A DNA stretch of 64,000 nt from contig CAYUJU010000010.1 in NCBI GenBank assembly GCA_964445115.1, forward strand, positions 2,582-66,581, read 5' to 3'. The translations under genes and the position numbers were made by a program. Within the stretch, counting starts at the first letter, position 1, and each line of letters starts with the position of its first letter. The notes under the pieces are model-generated. The model was not told the DNA's origin, made no database searches, and saw nothing but the letters and a program-made list of their open reading frames with translations. The stretch comes from an uncultured Methylobacillus sp. (GTDB lineage: Bacteria > Pseudomonadota > Gammaproteobacteria > Burkholderiales > Methylophilaceae). Of this stretch, positions 41,458-51,800 are shown piece by piece.

Positions 41458-42140
41458 TTCGATCATTTTTTAATCAGGCCTTGTTCCCGCAACAATGCCT
41501 GCTGTGCGGCGACCGTGCCTCACACCTGCCACTCTGTACCGCATGCCGGCACGACCTACCTTGGCTGGACAATCCCTGCTGCCCGGTATGCGCCCTGCCG
41601 ACCGCTGACGGTGCGACGTGTGGCGCCTGCCTGAAAAAACCGCCTGCCTTTGACGCGACACGTGCGGTGTTGCAATACGCCTACCCCTTCGACGCCTTGC
41701 TGCGTCGCCACAAATACGGCAACCTGCTGGCCGCCTCACGCCTGGCTGGGGCATTGTTGGCTGATCATCTTGACGCGATGCCGTTGCCTGATCTACTGAT
41801 CCCGATGCCACTACATCCCTTGCGCCTGCGTGAACGGGGATTCAACCAGGCCAGCGAAATTGCACGGGTTGTCGGCCAGCGCCTGAATCTGCCCGTCATG
41901 ATGCAAGCCTGCCAACGCACGCGCAACACGCCCTCGCAGGCCGGGCTACCGCTGGCACAGCGCCGCACCAACCTCAAGGGAGCCTTCACTTGTACGGCTC
42001 CGCTTTCCGGGCGCCATGTCGCACTGGTGGATGACGTGATGACCACTGGCGCCAGCCTGGATGCGCTGGCCCGCACGGTGCGGCAAGCCGGCGCGGCGCG
42101 GGTGGATTGCTGGGTCGTGGCACGCACGCTACGGGATTGA
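41439..42140 (+). CDS. comF: ComF-family protein (phosphoribosyltransferase domain)
   Basis: 233 aa. N-terminal Cys pairs CLLCG..CTAC and CPVC..CGAC. C-terminal PRTase motif VALVDDVMTTGASL. The GTG start is uncertain. Confidence 0.8.
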   Translation: MPQLIDIRSFFNQALFPQQCLLCGDRASHLPLCTACRHDLPWLDNPCCPVCALPTADGATCGACLKKPPAFDATRAVLQYAYPFDALLRRHKYGNLLAASRLAGALLADHLDAMPLPDLLIPMPLHPLRLRERGFNQASEIARVVGQRLNLPVMMQACQRTRNTPSQAGLPLAQRRTNLKGAFTCTAPLSGRHVALVDDVMTTGASLDALARTVRQAGAARVDCWVVARTLRD

Positions 42141-42162
42141 GCGCGCGTCGAGAAGATAAAGG

Positions 42163-43308
42163 TTACGGCTGCTTCAATTCCGCCAGACGCTGGTCGACAA
42201 AACGCGTCAATTGCGGCGTGAGTTGCCCCGTATCGCGCGCGCGCTGGAACGCCGCCAGGGCGTCCTGATGCTTGCCGATCTGCTCCAGGGAGATGCCAAC
42301 CCCCACCAGCCAGGTCGGCATGGCCGGGTCGGCATTCAAGGCTGTCAGGTAGTGCTGCACGGCCTCGTCGTGACGACCCTGACGTTGCAGCAACGCCGCA
42401 TAGAATCCCTGATATTCCGGGTCCGCTGCCCCTGACTTCAGCCCTTGTTCCAGCGTCGCCACCCCTGTGGCGAGATCCCCCGACTCTACCTGAATACGTG
42501 CCAGCGTTATGCGGAACGTGCTCTGTTCTGGCGCAAGCACAAGTCCATCCTGCAGCAGCGCCGTCGCCTCGGGATGATGCCGCGCATCGACCAGCAAACC
42601 AACCAGCATCTGTCGCGCATCCGTGTGGCGGGGATTGGTGTCGAGCACTTTGCGCAGCAGGTCCTGCGCTTCCGCGACGCGGCCCTGCTGCAGGGCGGTG
42701 ACCGCCTGCCGATAGGTGTTTTCTGCCTGTTGCGAGGCGCTGACCGTTTTCAATGGACGGGACGGGCCTCCCGCCGGACCCACGCTCTGCCTTGGCTTGG
42801 GTGCCGCTTCAACATCCGGCGGCAAGCTTGCAGGCGGGGCAGCCTGCTGTGGCTCGGAAGCACGACGTGATTTCGGCTCCAAACGCCGCTCCGGCACGGA
42901 TGAGATGGTCATGTCCAACCCCGTGAGTCTCTTTTCTGCCGCCGGAGCAGCCTCAGCGGCTGCGGGAACTGCAGGCACTTCGGCCACCGCAGGCGGCGGC
43001 ACGTAACCGCCTGGTTCGGGCGCAGGAGTGGGCGCCACAACGGCCGGGGCAGCAACCTGCACTTGGGTACTTTGCGGCTGGGTTGTCTGCAACTGCGGCG
43101 AGCGCTCGGCGCGCGTGCCCCACCACCAGGCTGCACCTGCCAACATCATCAGGACCACGCCCAAGGCCAGCACTAGCGCCCACTTCGGGAACGCACTTTC
43201 CCGTCCCATCTCGGCAACAGCCCGCACCTCACCAGCAAGAGGTGCCGTTCTGTCGGCGGCGGCATTGCGCTGCTCCAGGTCTTTCAACATCTGATTGATC
43301 AGGCTCAT
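42163..43308 (-). CDS. mshN: MSHA biogenesis TPR protein MshN-like
   Basis: 381 aa. MSLINQMLKDLEQR N-terminus, one TM helix, a Pro/Ala-rich linker and C-terminal TPR repeats. ATGA overlap with mshM. Confidence 0.75.
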   Translation of the reverse strand: MSLINQMLKDLEQRNAAADRTAPLAGEVRAVAEMGRESAFPKWALVLALGVVLMMLAGAAWWWGTRAERSPQLQTTQPQSTQVQVAAPAVVAPTPAPEPGGYVPPPAVAEVPAVPAAAEAAPAAEKRLTGLDMTISSVPERRLEPKSRRASEPQQAAPPASLPPDVEAAPKPRQSVGPAGGPSRPLKTVSASQQAENTYRQAVTALQQGRVAEAQDLLRKVLDTNPRHTDARQMLVGLLVDARHHPEATALLQDGLVLAPEQSTFRITLARIQVESGDLATGVATLEQGLKSGAADPEYQGFYAALLQRQGRHDEAVQHYLTALNADPAMPTWLVGVGISLEQIGKHQDALAAFQRARDTGQLTPQLTRFVDQRLAELKQP

Positions 43309-44219
43309 GGCAACTTCCCGTAATAGGCCATCGCACCGACGACAGCCGCCACGCCCAACAGCGCCGCAACAATCGCCACCGCGATGCCAATCCGCCGCGA
43401 CGCGGGAGCTCTTGTGGCACCCGTATCACGAGCAGCAGCGGCTACATCGGCGCGCGAGATCATCTGACGCCCCTTACCGAAAGCCGCCAGCAGCGCCTTA
43501 TGCGCCAGGATGTTGACCAACCTGGGAATGCCCTTGGTACGACGGCGAATTTCCGCCAGCGCGCCGCGACTGAACATGCGCCCCCCCTGATAGCCCGCCA
43601 CCACCAGTCGGTGATTCAGGTAGAAATGCAATTCGTCATGCGTCAGCGCATTGAGTCGATAATCGAAGGTAATCCGCTGCTTGAGTTGACGGATGGAAGG
43701 ATGGTCGAGTTTTTGATCCAGTTCCGGCTGGCCAAAAATCACCACCTGCAGCAGTTTGGCTTTCTCGGTTTCAAGATTGGTCAGCAGCCGCAGCGACTCC
43801 ATCGTCTCCAGTGGCATCGCCTGCGCCTCGTCGAGGCAGACCAGCACACGCTTGCCCTCTCCCGAGTATTCCAGCAGGGTCTGGTTCAGTGACTTCAACA
43901 GGTGGTGCTGCCCCATGGTTGGGTCGACTTCGATGCCCAGTTCTTCCGCAAGCGCCATCATCAGTGCTTGCGATTCCAGGTTAGGATTGGGAATGTAGGC
44001 GATCTTGAATTCCGGGCCCAGCGTGCTCATGAACTTGCGGCAGAGCAGGGTCTTGCCGGTGCCGACTTCGCCCGTGATCTTGATGAAGCCTTCGCCGGTG
44101 CGGGCCGCGATCAGCAGGGTGTTCAGTGCCTCCTGATACCCGGACGAGGAGAAGAAAAAGGTCGTATCCGGGGTGATGCTGAAGGGAAATTCCCGCAGCC
44201 CGAAATGTTCCAGATACAT
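43305..44219 (-). CDS. mshM: ExeA-like AAA ATPase MshM
   Basis: 304 aa. FGLREFPFSITPD N-terminus, Walker A GEVGTGKT, C-terminal TM helix. Confidence 0.85.
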   Translation of the reverse strand: MYLEHFGLREFPFSITPDTTFFFSSSGYQEALNTLLIAARTGEGFIKITGEVGTGKTLLCRKFMSTLGPEFKIAYIPNPNLESQALMMALAEELGIEVDPTMGQHHLLKSLNQTLLEYSGEGKRVLVCLDEAQAMPLETMESLRLLTNLETEKAKLLQVVIFGQPELDQKLDHPSIRQLKQRITFDYRLNALTHDELHFYLNHRLVVAGYQGGRMFSRGALAEIRRRTKGIPRLVNILAHKALLAAFGKGRQMISRADVAAAARDTGATRAPASRRIGIAVAIVAALLGVAAVVGAMAYYGKLP

Positions 44220-44221
44220 GG

Positions 44222-46042
44222 TTAGCGCGTTCCTGACGTGGAAACGTCCACATCCATCGCTTCGATGCGGCGCTGGGTCGCCGAGATTTCATCAGACCAC
44301 GTGCCGTCCCCGTGCACCACGGTCGGCTTGATCATGATCACCAGCTCTCGCTTGCTCGAGGCCTGGCCGCCCTTGCGGAAGAGTGCACCGGCACCCGGCA
44401 CATCGCCGACCGTGGGGACCTTGGAACGGTTATCGATATAGCTGTCCGTCATCAAGCCCCCGATCACGACGATCTGGCCATCACGCACCTTCACCACGCT
44501 GTCGGTTTCGCTGATCTTGTTGGACGCGAACGGCAGGGTGAGATTGTTGATGGTCTTCTTCTCGACCTCGGTAACCTCGCTCACCAGTGGATGCACGTGC
44601 AGGGTGATGTTGTCCTCGTCGTCGATCTGCGGCGTCACGTCCAGCGAAATGCCGGAGAAGAAAGTCGAGTAAATCGGCGTCGGCTGGTTGGTTACCGTGC
44701 CGCCCGTCGTGGTCGTGGAACTGCTGTTGCTCTCGAACCCGGTGACGTACTGCTCATCACGGCCGACCTTGAGCACGGCCTTCTGGTTGTTGATGGTGGA
44801 GATGCGCGGGCTGGACAGCACGTTCACCGTCCCCTGTGTCTGCAGGAAATTGAGCAGTGCAGAGAAATTGCGCAACTGCAGGGCAATGCCTAGGCCAGCC
44901 GAAAACGCCGATCCAGTGGCGCCGATCAGGCCGGTTCCCAGCACACCGCCCAGCGTGGAGTCGGCGACGAGTGCACCACCGTTGCTGCCTGGCTCAGTGA
45001 TGGTGGTCGTATCCGCACCGACCGAGGCACGGTGCACCCCGCGTTGGAAGGCCGCCCAGTTGATCCCCTGCTGCGCGCCGGAATTGAGCTCCACGTCGAT
45101 GATCTTGGCTTCGAGGATGACCTGCTTGTCGATACTCACCTGCATCGCCCGCAGCAGGTGTTCCACGGTACGCAACTCCTCGGGCATGCCGCGCACGAAA
45201 ATTGCGCCAGTCATCTGGTTGACCAGCACGCTGCGCCCCTCGGCACAGCCGTCTGCACCGCGTTCGCGTGAGCCGAACTGCGGCTCGTTCAGCGTCATCG
45301 GGATACGTCCGCCCGCCATACCGGCCATACTGGGATTGAACGCCGTCGTGCCGGTGCTGGCCGCTGTCTGGTTGGGGATCTTGCAATTGAGCGCCGTCCG
45401 CACCGCGTCCTCGATTTCCCCCCAGAAGTCAGCGCGCTGGCTGGAGGCCACCGAACTGGCCTGAGACTGGGAAGAGGTTCTCGACCCCGTGATCGAGGTC
45501 GTCCCGGAGGCGGATTCGCCCGAGGCGCCGGAAGTCACGGCGATGTCGCTGCGCCCGCGCCGCTGGCCGACGATGTAGTTCACCTTGTAGATCTTGGCCT
45601 GCAGCCCGGGTTTCAGCACGTAAATACGGTTGCCGTCGACCTTGTATTCGTAGCCGTAGAGTTCGCGCAGCGACTCCAGCGCCTCCAGCACGGTCACGTC
45701 CTTCAGGTTCACGGACACTGTCCCCTTGACGTCCGGATGCACAAGCATGCTGTAACGCGTGCCCGAAACGATCCCCATGAACACCTGATTCACGGGTGCA
45801 TCGTTGATCACCAGGTCGAAACGCTGTTCCAGCTGCTTGGCACTCGCCTTGGGCAACGGCACCCGGAGCGGCGGCAGCAGAGAACTTGTCACCGTTTCCG
45901 GCACTGTTGCAGCGGCTGGTCTAGTCTCAGCGGACTGCCGCAACTCGTCATTGATCCGATGCAGTGTGGTTTTATCCTGAGGCGGATTGACGCCCGCACA
46001 CCCGGCTAGCGCCAATGTCATCATCAGGGAGGGGAATCGCAT
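44222..46042 (-). CDS. mshL: MSHA pilus secretin MshL (lipoprotein)
   Basis: The ATG at 46042 gives MRFPSLMMTLALAGCAG (lipobox). Secretin C-domain with VPTVGDVPGAGALFRKGG...RELVIMIKPTVV. The upstream part of ORF 44222-46186 overlaps mshK. Confidence 0.88.
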   Translation of the reverse strand: MRFPSLMMTLALAGCAGVNPPQDKTTLHRINDELRQSAETRPAAATVPETVTSSLLPPLRVPLPKASAKQLEQRFDLVINDAPVNQVFMGIVSGTRYSMLVHPDVKGTVSVNLKDVTVLEALESLRELYGYEYKVDGNRIYVLKPGLQAKIYKVNYIVGQRRGRSDIAVTSGASGESASGTTSITGSRTSSQSQASSVASSQRADFWGEIEDAVRTALNCKIPNQTAASTGTTAFNPSMAGMAGGRIPMTLNEPQFGSRERGADGCAEGRSVLVNQMTGAIFVRGMPEELRTVEHLLRAMQVSIDKQVILEAKIIDVELNSGAQQGINWAAFQRGVHRASVGADTTTITEPGSNGGALVADSTLGGVLGTGLIGATGSAFSAGLGIALQLRNFSALLNFLQTQGTVNVLSSPRISTINNQKAVLKVGRDEQYVTGFESNSSSTTTTGGTVTNQPTPIYSTFFSGISLDVTPQIDDEDNITLHVHPLVSEVTEVEKKTINNLTLPFASNKISETDSVVKVRDGQIVVIGGLMTDSYIDNRSKVPTVGDVPGAGALFRKGGQASSKRELVIMIKPTVVHGDGTWSDEISATQRRIEAMDVDVSTSGTR

Positions 46043-46049
46043 CTCTACC

Positions 46050-46433
46050 TTACCTCGTATTCCTGGCATTCGTTTTCGCGCCCGGCTTTGCCAGAGCCGG
46101 CTTGCGCAGCGTTTTCTCGACCCCTGGGTGCATGCGCAGGGTCTGCAGCGTGCCATCCTCTGCGCGCAGGACCGCTTCCCAATCATTCAGGCGCACCAAA
46201 GTCGCGTCCTGATACTTGCCCCCTAGTGGCACCATTTCACCGCTGATCACCGCGATCTTGCGGCCGGAGGACAGCATGACGGATTGCAGCACCGGCCCGG
46301 CATAGGCAGCCGGAGCCCCCGCCTGCCGGGCTTCACCGTAGGGCTGGGTAGGGTCCTGCAACACCTCGGCCTGGGCCACGCCAGCCACCAGCGTCAACAT
46401 CAGGACCAGTGCATGGGTCAGTCGCTTGATCAT
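46050..46433 (-). CDS. mshK: MshK-like periplasmic protein
   Basis: The ATG at 46433 gives the signal peptide MIKRLTHALVLMLTLVAGVAQA. Small protein in the mshJ-mshL position. Assigned mainly by position. Confidence 0.6.
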   Translation of the reverse strand: MIKRLTHALVLMLTLVAGVAQAEVLQDPTQPYGEARQAGAPAAYAGPVLQSVMLSSGRKIAVISGEMVPLGGKYQDATLVRLNDWEAVLRAEDGTLQTLRMHPGVEKTLRKPALAKPGAKTNARNTR

Positions 46434-46453
46434 TAGCCCCGATTGTAACCCGA

Positions 46454-47131
46454 TCAAATGCTCAACCATACCTTGTCCAGACTCAAGGTATAAATGGTCA
46501 CGGTCAACGTGGACTGCCCCCCGGCGTCGGCAGCCAGGCTGGCGCCGCCCCACAACACGTGCCAGGAGAGTTGTTCCAGTGCCTGCAAATACTGCATCAG
46601 GTCCAGATAACGACCGCTGATCTTCAACTCGACACCATGGCGATACACGCCGCCGCTCGCAGGTTTGGTGGCTTTCGGCTCTTCGGATGCACGCGCCTCC
46701 GAAGTGGCTACCTCGCTGACAGGCAGCGTCTTCAACGACACCAGTTTCAATTGCCCATGCTTGCGCAGGATATCCTCAAGCATCCCCGGCATTTTCTCCG
46801 GCCGGATCAGTTTCTTTTCCAGCCCGGCCAGTGAGGCATTGGCCTGCTGCAGCGCCTCAAGCGCCGATTCCAGTCGCTGACGATTCTGCAGGTCGGGATC
46901 CGGCAACGGCGCCTGTTGCAGCATCTGCAGCTGTTGCTGCAGCGTGGCAAGACTCATCCGATCTGCCGTCAACGTGGATTGCACGGCGGCGACTCTCCGG
47001 ACGACCGGCTCCACCACCAAGGTATTCAGCACGGCCGCCACCACGACGAGACCAGCGGCCAGGATCATCCAGCGCTCGCGCGGACTGAGCGCCGCGAAAC
47101 GTCCGGCGAGAGCGTCCCAATACTGCTTCAT
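46454..47131 (-). CDS. mshJ: PilO-like MshJ
   Basis: 225 aa. N-terminal TM helix (RERWMILAAGLVVVAAVL), a coiled-coil, then a PilO-like C-domain. 4-nt overlap with the upstream gene. Confidence 0.7.
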   Translation of the reverse strand: MKQYWDALAGRFAALSPRERWMILAAGLVVVAAVLNTLVVEPVVRRVAAVQSTLTADRMSLATLQQQLQMLQQAPLPDPDLQNRQRLESALEALQQANASLAGLEKKLIRPEKMPGMLEDILRKHGQLKLVSLKTLPVSEVATSEARASEEPKATKPASGGVYRHGVELKISGRYLDLMQYLQALEQLSWHVLWGGASLAADAGGQSTLTVTIYTLSLDKVWLSI

Positions 47132-47796
47132 GGGCGCACCTCCGCCGCTGCCGTGCCAGAAGATGTCTGTGATTCCATCGCTTGCAGCTTGAAATCAAAA
47201 GCTCCCGTCGCGGAGGCCGATGCGGCGGCCTCCTTGCCCGGCAGAGGCTTCTGCGACTCCATCTGCAAGGCGGAAAACTGACGGCCGCTGAACAGCGGCT
47301 CCTCGCCCAGCAAGGCGATGTACTGCGGGACCAGTTCCGGCTGCATGGCCTTGCCCTCGATGGTCAGCCTGCCAGACCCCGCTTCAAGTGTAAAACCGGT
47401 CAGCCACAACCCCGGCACGCGCTTGCGCGCGAACGCTTGCAGATAGGTGAAATAGCCTTGGGTTCGACCGACGCCGTCGCCCTCGAGAAACGCCAGAATT
47501 TCCTGCTGATGCGTGAGCGTCGCCTGGGCACGGGCCAACTCTTCTTCCAGCGCCTTGCTCGGCGCACGCGGGGCACGTGCCTGCACCGCCTGATCGAGTT
47601 GCGCCCTGACGGCGGCCAACTGGCCCGCCACGGCCTGCTGCTCACGTTCCAGTTGCTTGAGCCGCTGCCCGGCCCAGGCAGCGTAGGCCAGCATGCCCGC
47701 CGCGACCACGCCGATCAGGACGAGCAGCGCCACGGCATTCAGCCACATCCTGGGCTTGACCAGTTGCGGATCGAGCAGGTTGATCTGCTGACTCAT
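47128..47796 (-). CDS. PilN-like fimbrial assembly protein (MshI C-terminal-half equivalent)
   Basis: 222 aa. MSQQINLLDPQL (the PilN INLL motif), a TM helix and a coiled-coil. Confidence 0.7.
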   Translation of the reverse strand: MSQQINLLDPQLVKPRMWLNAVALLVLIGVVAAGMLAYAAWAGQRLKQLEREQQAVAGQLAAVRAQLDQAVQARAPRAPSKALEEELARAQATLTHQQEILAFLEGDGVGRTQGYFTYLQAFARKRVPGLWLTGFTLEAGSGRLTIEGKAMQPELVPQYIALLGEEPLFSGRQFSALQMESQKPLPGKEAAASASATGAFDFKLQAMESQTSSGTAAAEVRP

Positions 47797-48722
47797 CGCG
47801 CCGCATCCTCCCTGAGCGCTGCCCCCAGCATATGCAGGGCGGCCGGCTGCTGCGACAGGTCCAGCAGTTCGGGAACATCGGTCAGATCGAACAGATCGGC
47901 CAACTCAAACGACTCGACCTGCAAATACAGATAGCTGCGCAAGTAGGCGAGAAATTCGTCGCGCGCCGGAAAAGGCGCCACCACCAGGCGCCCCACCGCG
48001 AGATAGGGAAACTGTCGCTCGAAATTGTCCAGCGAGCGCTGCAGATCGAGCGCCACCCGTTCATAGACGTGGTGGCGACGATCGACATCCGGGTTTTGCA
48101 GCTGGTCGACCGAGACGTCGATCTGGCGTGCATGGTACAACTCGCCGCCGCCCGTCAGGGTCAGCAGGCCGCCCTCGGCACAGAAAGTCAGCATCGCCAG
48201 CCCCCGCCCTTCCTGCTCCAGCAGGGCCGCCAGGTTGCGCTGCGCGATTTCGGGAATATCGATCGCTTCCAGCCCCATGGGGGTTTGTTCGATATAGCGC
48301 TCGATCCGGCGACGTACCGCCTCATGGCGCGCAGCGACTGCCAGCATGAAGCGCGGACGGGTAGGATTACTGCCATCGGCCGGAATCTCAAGCACATCGA
48401 CAGTCGCGTTGGCCACCGGATAATCCAGCATATCCTTGATGCTCCAGCGCACCGCCTGCCGCCACTCTTCCCGCGGCACGGTCAACGCCTCCACCTGGAA
48501 CATTTGGTATTCGTTGCGCTCCAGCAAGGCTACGGCACGTTGCTGCCGCATGGATTTCCGATCCGCCTCCTGCGGCTCACCGGCAGCATGCTTCACACAA
48601 GACCACCCTGTCACCAGCGGCTTGCCGCCGTTGCGCCGCTCGACATGCACCTGACAGGCGCCCTCGCTCGTCATCCTGAGAGCGGTCCAACCTTTCCTTT
48701 TGCGTTGCCAGAATAATTGCAT
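47793..48722 (-). CDS. mshI: PilM-like MshI (actin-like ATPase fold)
   Basis: 309 aa cytoplasmic protein, first gene after the AT-rich gap. Assigned to PilM/MshI by position ahead of the PilN/PilO-like genes and by general similarity. Confidence 0.65.
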   Translation of the reverse strand: MQLFWQRKRKGWTALRMTSEGACQVHVERRNGGKPLVTGWSCVKHAAGEPQEADRKSMRQQRAVALLERNEYQMFQVEALTVPREEWRQAVRWSIKDMLDYPVANATVDVLEIPADGSNPTRPRFMLAVAARHEAVRRRIERYIEQTPMGLEAIDIPEIAQRNLAALLEQEGRGLAMLTFCAEGGLLTLTGGGELYHARQIDVSVDQLQNPDVDRRHHVYERVALDLQRSLDNFERQFPYLAVGRLVVAPFPARDEFLAYLRSYLYLQVESFELADLFDLTDVPELLDLSQQPAALHMLGAALREDAAR

Positions 48723-48800
48723 GCCGGGTTATTTTTTTACAAAGCAGTTTAAAAAAAACAATTAACTTATTGTTACAAAATTGATTCTTTGGCACAAGAA

Positions 48801-51800
48801 CTAATAATTCTCACGCAGGTAGATGAGCGGCGTCTTGCGCAACCCGAAGGTCGCGCGGGCCGTCGGATTCGTTCCCAGCCAGGGAACACCGGCTGCCGCA
48901 TTACCGACCGTAACGTCGACACTCCCGCTATTACCCATCCCCGGTGCGGATAACCAAAGCGTGCCACGCCCCTGGACAAAATTTGCGCCAATCGCCGGCA
49001 GCGTCTCACCTGCCGCCAAGCCTCCCCTGTAATTGTTGAGCGTCAGCGCCGCTAGGGGAATCGCCGTGCAACTGTCGGACACATTCGTCGTCCAGTAGTC
49101 ATCCGTGGTAATCGCGGCATTGCCCCCCTCCTGCCAGTACTGCGCCTCCAGCGGCAAGTTCAATCGCATCAGTTCTGAACCCGTGTTGCTGCGCAGGCTC
49201 AACCGACCGCTGCGCAGCGATGCCACGCCTTCAACTCCACCGGAAGACGTGACGCCGTCGCCGCCTGCAGACTCGGTAGCACGAAGTTTGATCATGCCCG
49301 GCACCGTTTTCTGGTTGGTGAAGGTATAGGTCGGCGTCACGTTGGCGACCCCAGAGACGAACGCACCACTCCCCACAGCATTCGAGCCGCCAAAACCGCC
49401 CCCCCCCAGCACGTTGGCATCCGTCAGGGTGACCCCCTTGGCCATCACGGGCGCAGCGGCCCCATCATAATTCAAGGTAGGATTACCCGCGCTGTTCAGC
49501 GCTGTCACCATCACAGAGAAAGGTTGACCGGAATACGTGTAAGCCCCCGCGGCGCAGCCCTGCGTCACCACGGTAGAAAAACGGTCAGGAATAAAGCGGC
49601 CAACATAAGCTGTCGCACTGGCATTGCCAAACTTGCACCCGTACTTTCCACCTACCAGCGCATTGGACAGGTCATTCGTACAATCGTTGGGCTGGTCCAC
49701 CGAGGTAAAACTGTCGTCGGTCACGCTGTTGGCCCGCAGCCTGAAATAACCCACCTCGCTATAACTAAAACCATTGCCGACGGCGATGCCGGTAGATGGA
49801 TTGGCGGCGCTGAAAGCGCCCGTAAGCCCGCCTGTCGCTACTGCGCCTGGGTGCGCGTCCATCAGCCCCGTGTCGATCAGGGGAGTACCATCATAACCAG
49901 CCACCCCCGCTGCGGCGCTTAGCGTAAATGCGGTACCGGCTCTGATGGCTGGGGTAGCTGTTGCGCTGCTTCCCGTCACATCTGCGCTGGCGGACGAGGT
50001 GACGGTCAATCCGACAGGGCGGATGGCAAAGTTGTCCGTGGAACAGGCCGGCGTGCTGATGGCGGTATCACGGATTCTGACTTTGACGTTTTTCGCCGCG
50101 TTCGGGTAATTGAAATTGAATGTCTTGCGATTGTTATCCGCTTCGGTGAAGGTGTAGGTCGCCACCGCATTCAAACCGGGATTGGTGTCCGCACAGTTGC
50201 CGCTCGCCGCCGCGGGGTTGACCAGCGACACCTCTACCGTACCGGTATATCCGGCTGGCACAGCTCCCGAGGGGATTGCCCGCACATCAAGCGAAAATGC
50301 CGTCGCAGATAGCTTGGTGAAAATGGGGGTAGCGGCAGCCTGCCCGACCTCCACCGCATCGAAGCAGGAAGAAGACGCCGCAAATGGCAGGCTGCAACTC
50401 AGGGTGTTGGTGCTGACATTCAGACACTGGCTGGCCACCGATGGCACGGGCGTCACGCCGCTGGTCCCAAGCGTTATCGTTTGTGCCGTCGCCACGGCCA
50501 GATTGAGTTTGATCTGCCCGCCAGTGTTGGCGGGAATGGTGAAGGGGAGGCTACCGCCAGGCGTACCGGCCCAGGTCACATTCCCACTGACCTCGCCATC
50601 GGTGTAGTAGGTCGTACATGCCGAAGTGGCACACGCCTTCACCGTCAGCATTTCGGCAGCACACGTCCGTCCACTGCCATCGTGCTCGATGCGCACATGA
50701 TCAAGCGCAGGGCAACCGCCGGTGATATTTTTGTCACGCTGCACCAGCCCGACACCCCCTTCGAAATTGTAGATGCGCACATCATCCAGCACCCCGTCGG
50801 CGGACCTCGCCGTCCCGCTGACGCCGACATTCCCGCTGCCGTTGTCACCGAGATACAGCGTACCGATGCCTGCCGCCAGTCCGCCTGAGGTTGTGAACGC
50901 AGTCTGCACGCTTTGCGCCCCGTTGACGTAAATGCGCAAATGATCTGCATTGCTTGCTGCCAGCGCGTTGAAGTTCCAACTGACGGCAATATGTACCCAT
51001 CCCGAAGCCGAAAGCACACCATTGCCAAGATTACCCGTTTCGGCAACCCTGTCATTCCCGGCGCTATCCCGGACCACGAATCGTAGCCGGACGGTGGAAT
51101 TGCTGATCCGCCGCTTGGTCAGGAAAAACCAGTTCGGACTGGCAGTCGAGGCGTCCAGCAATTGTGCGTCCTGGTTACCGTTACTCGCCCAATTGGCCGG
51201 CTTATACCAAAAACTGATGGTCCCCGCACCACCCGTCACGGCTGGCATGTTCAAACCGGTATTGATTGCATCCAGGTTACCCAGACTTGAATTGCCGGGA
51301 ATATCCGCCCCGCGACAGATATAGCCTCCTGCGATCGTCTGCGCACTCCCCACCCGCACGCCATGACGGTTGTTGCCACTGGTGTCGAGCACTTCGCCGG
51401 CTGTTCCGTTCCAGGCCGCCTGCTCCATCCGGTATTCCGCCACCGGCCGCGGGATCGAGAAACGGATGGCGCTGTTAATGGCGGGAAAACCGACCTGCGG
51501 CACTTCGTAATCCGCACTATCCACTTGCCAGCCGACCTGGGCATTCACATTGCCCGGCCCCGGCACATCATTCCCGAACTGGTAGACGAAATCGCCCCCT
51601 TCCTCCAGGATGATCTGCAGGTCGTAACTCCCGCTGGCGGTAGAGGTCGCGGTCCATTCCGGCACATGAAACCAGGTCACGACAAAGCGGCGGTTGGGAG
51701 CGGTACCGATGGTGGCGTAACTGACATAGCAGGAAGTACGATTGAGACAGGTCGTGTTGTAACTCGGCACATCGGACCGCGCAGTCGGGTCCAGATCGTT

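Noticed and set aside
44222-46553. Apparent 137-nt overlap between the mshL ORF (to 46186) and the mshK ORF (from 46050), and between mshK (to 46553) and mshJ (from 46454).
   Set aside because: These are artefacts of taking the most upstream start codon. Internal ATGs at 46042 (lipoprotein signal) and 46433 (signal peptide) give sensible N-termini and remove the overlaps.
48789-48803. TGGCAC-AAGAA-CTAAT on the plus strand in the mshQ/mshI gap.
   Set aside because: It lacks the TTGC -12 element. It also points into the 3' end of mshQ in antisense, so it has no downstream gene to serve.
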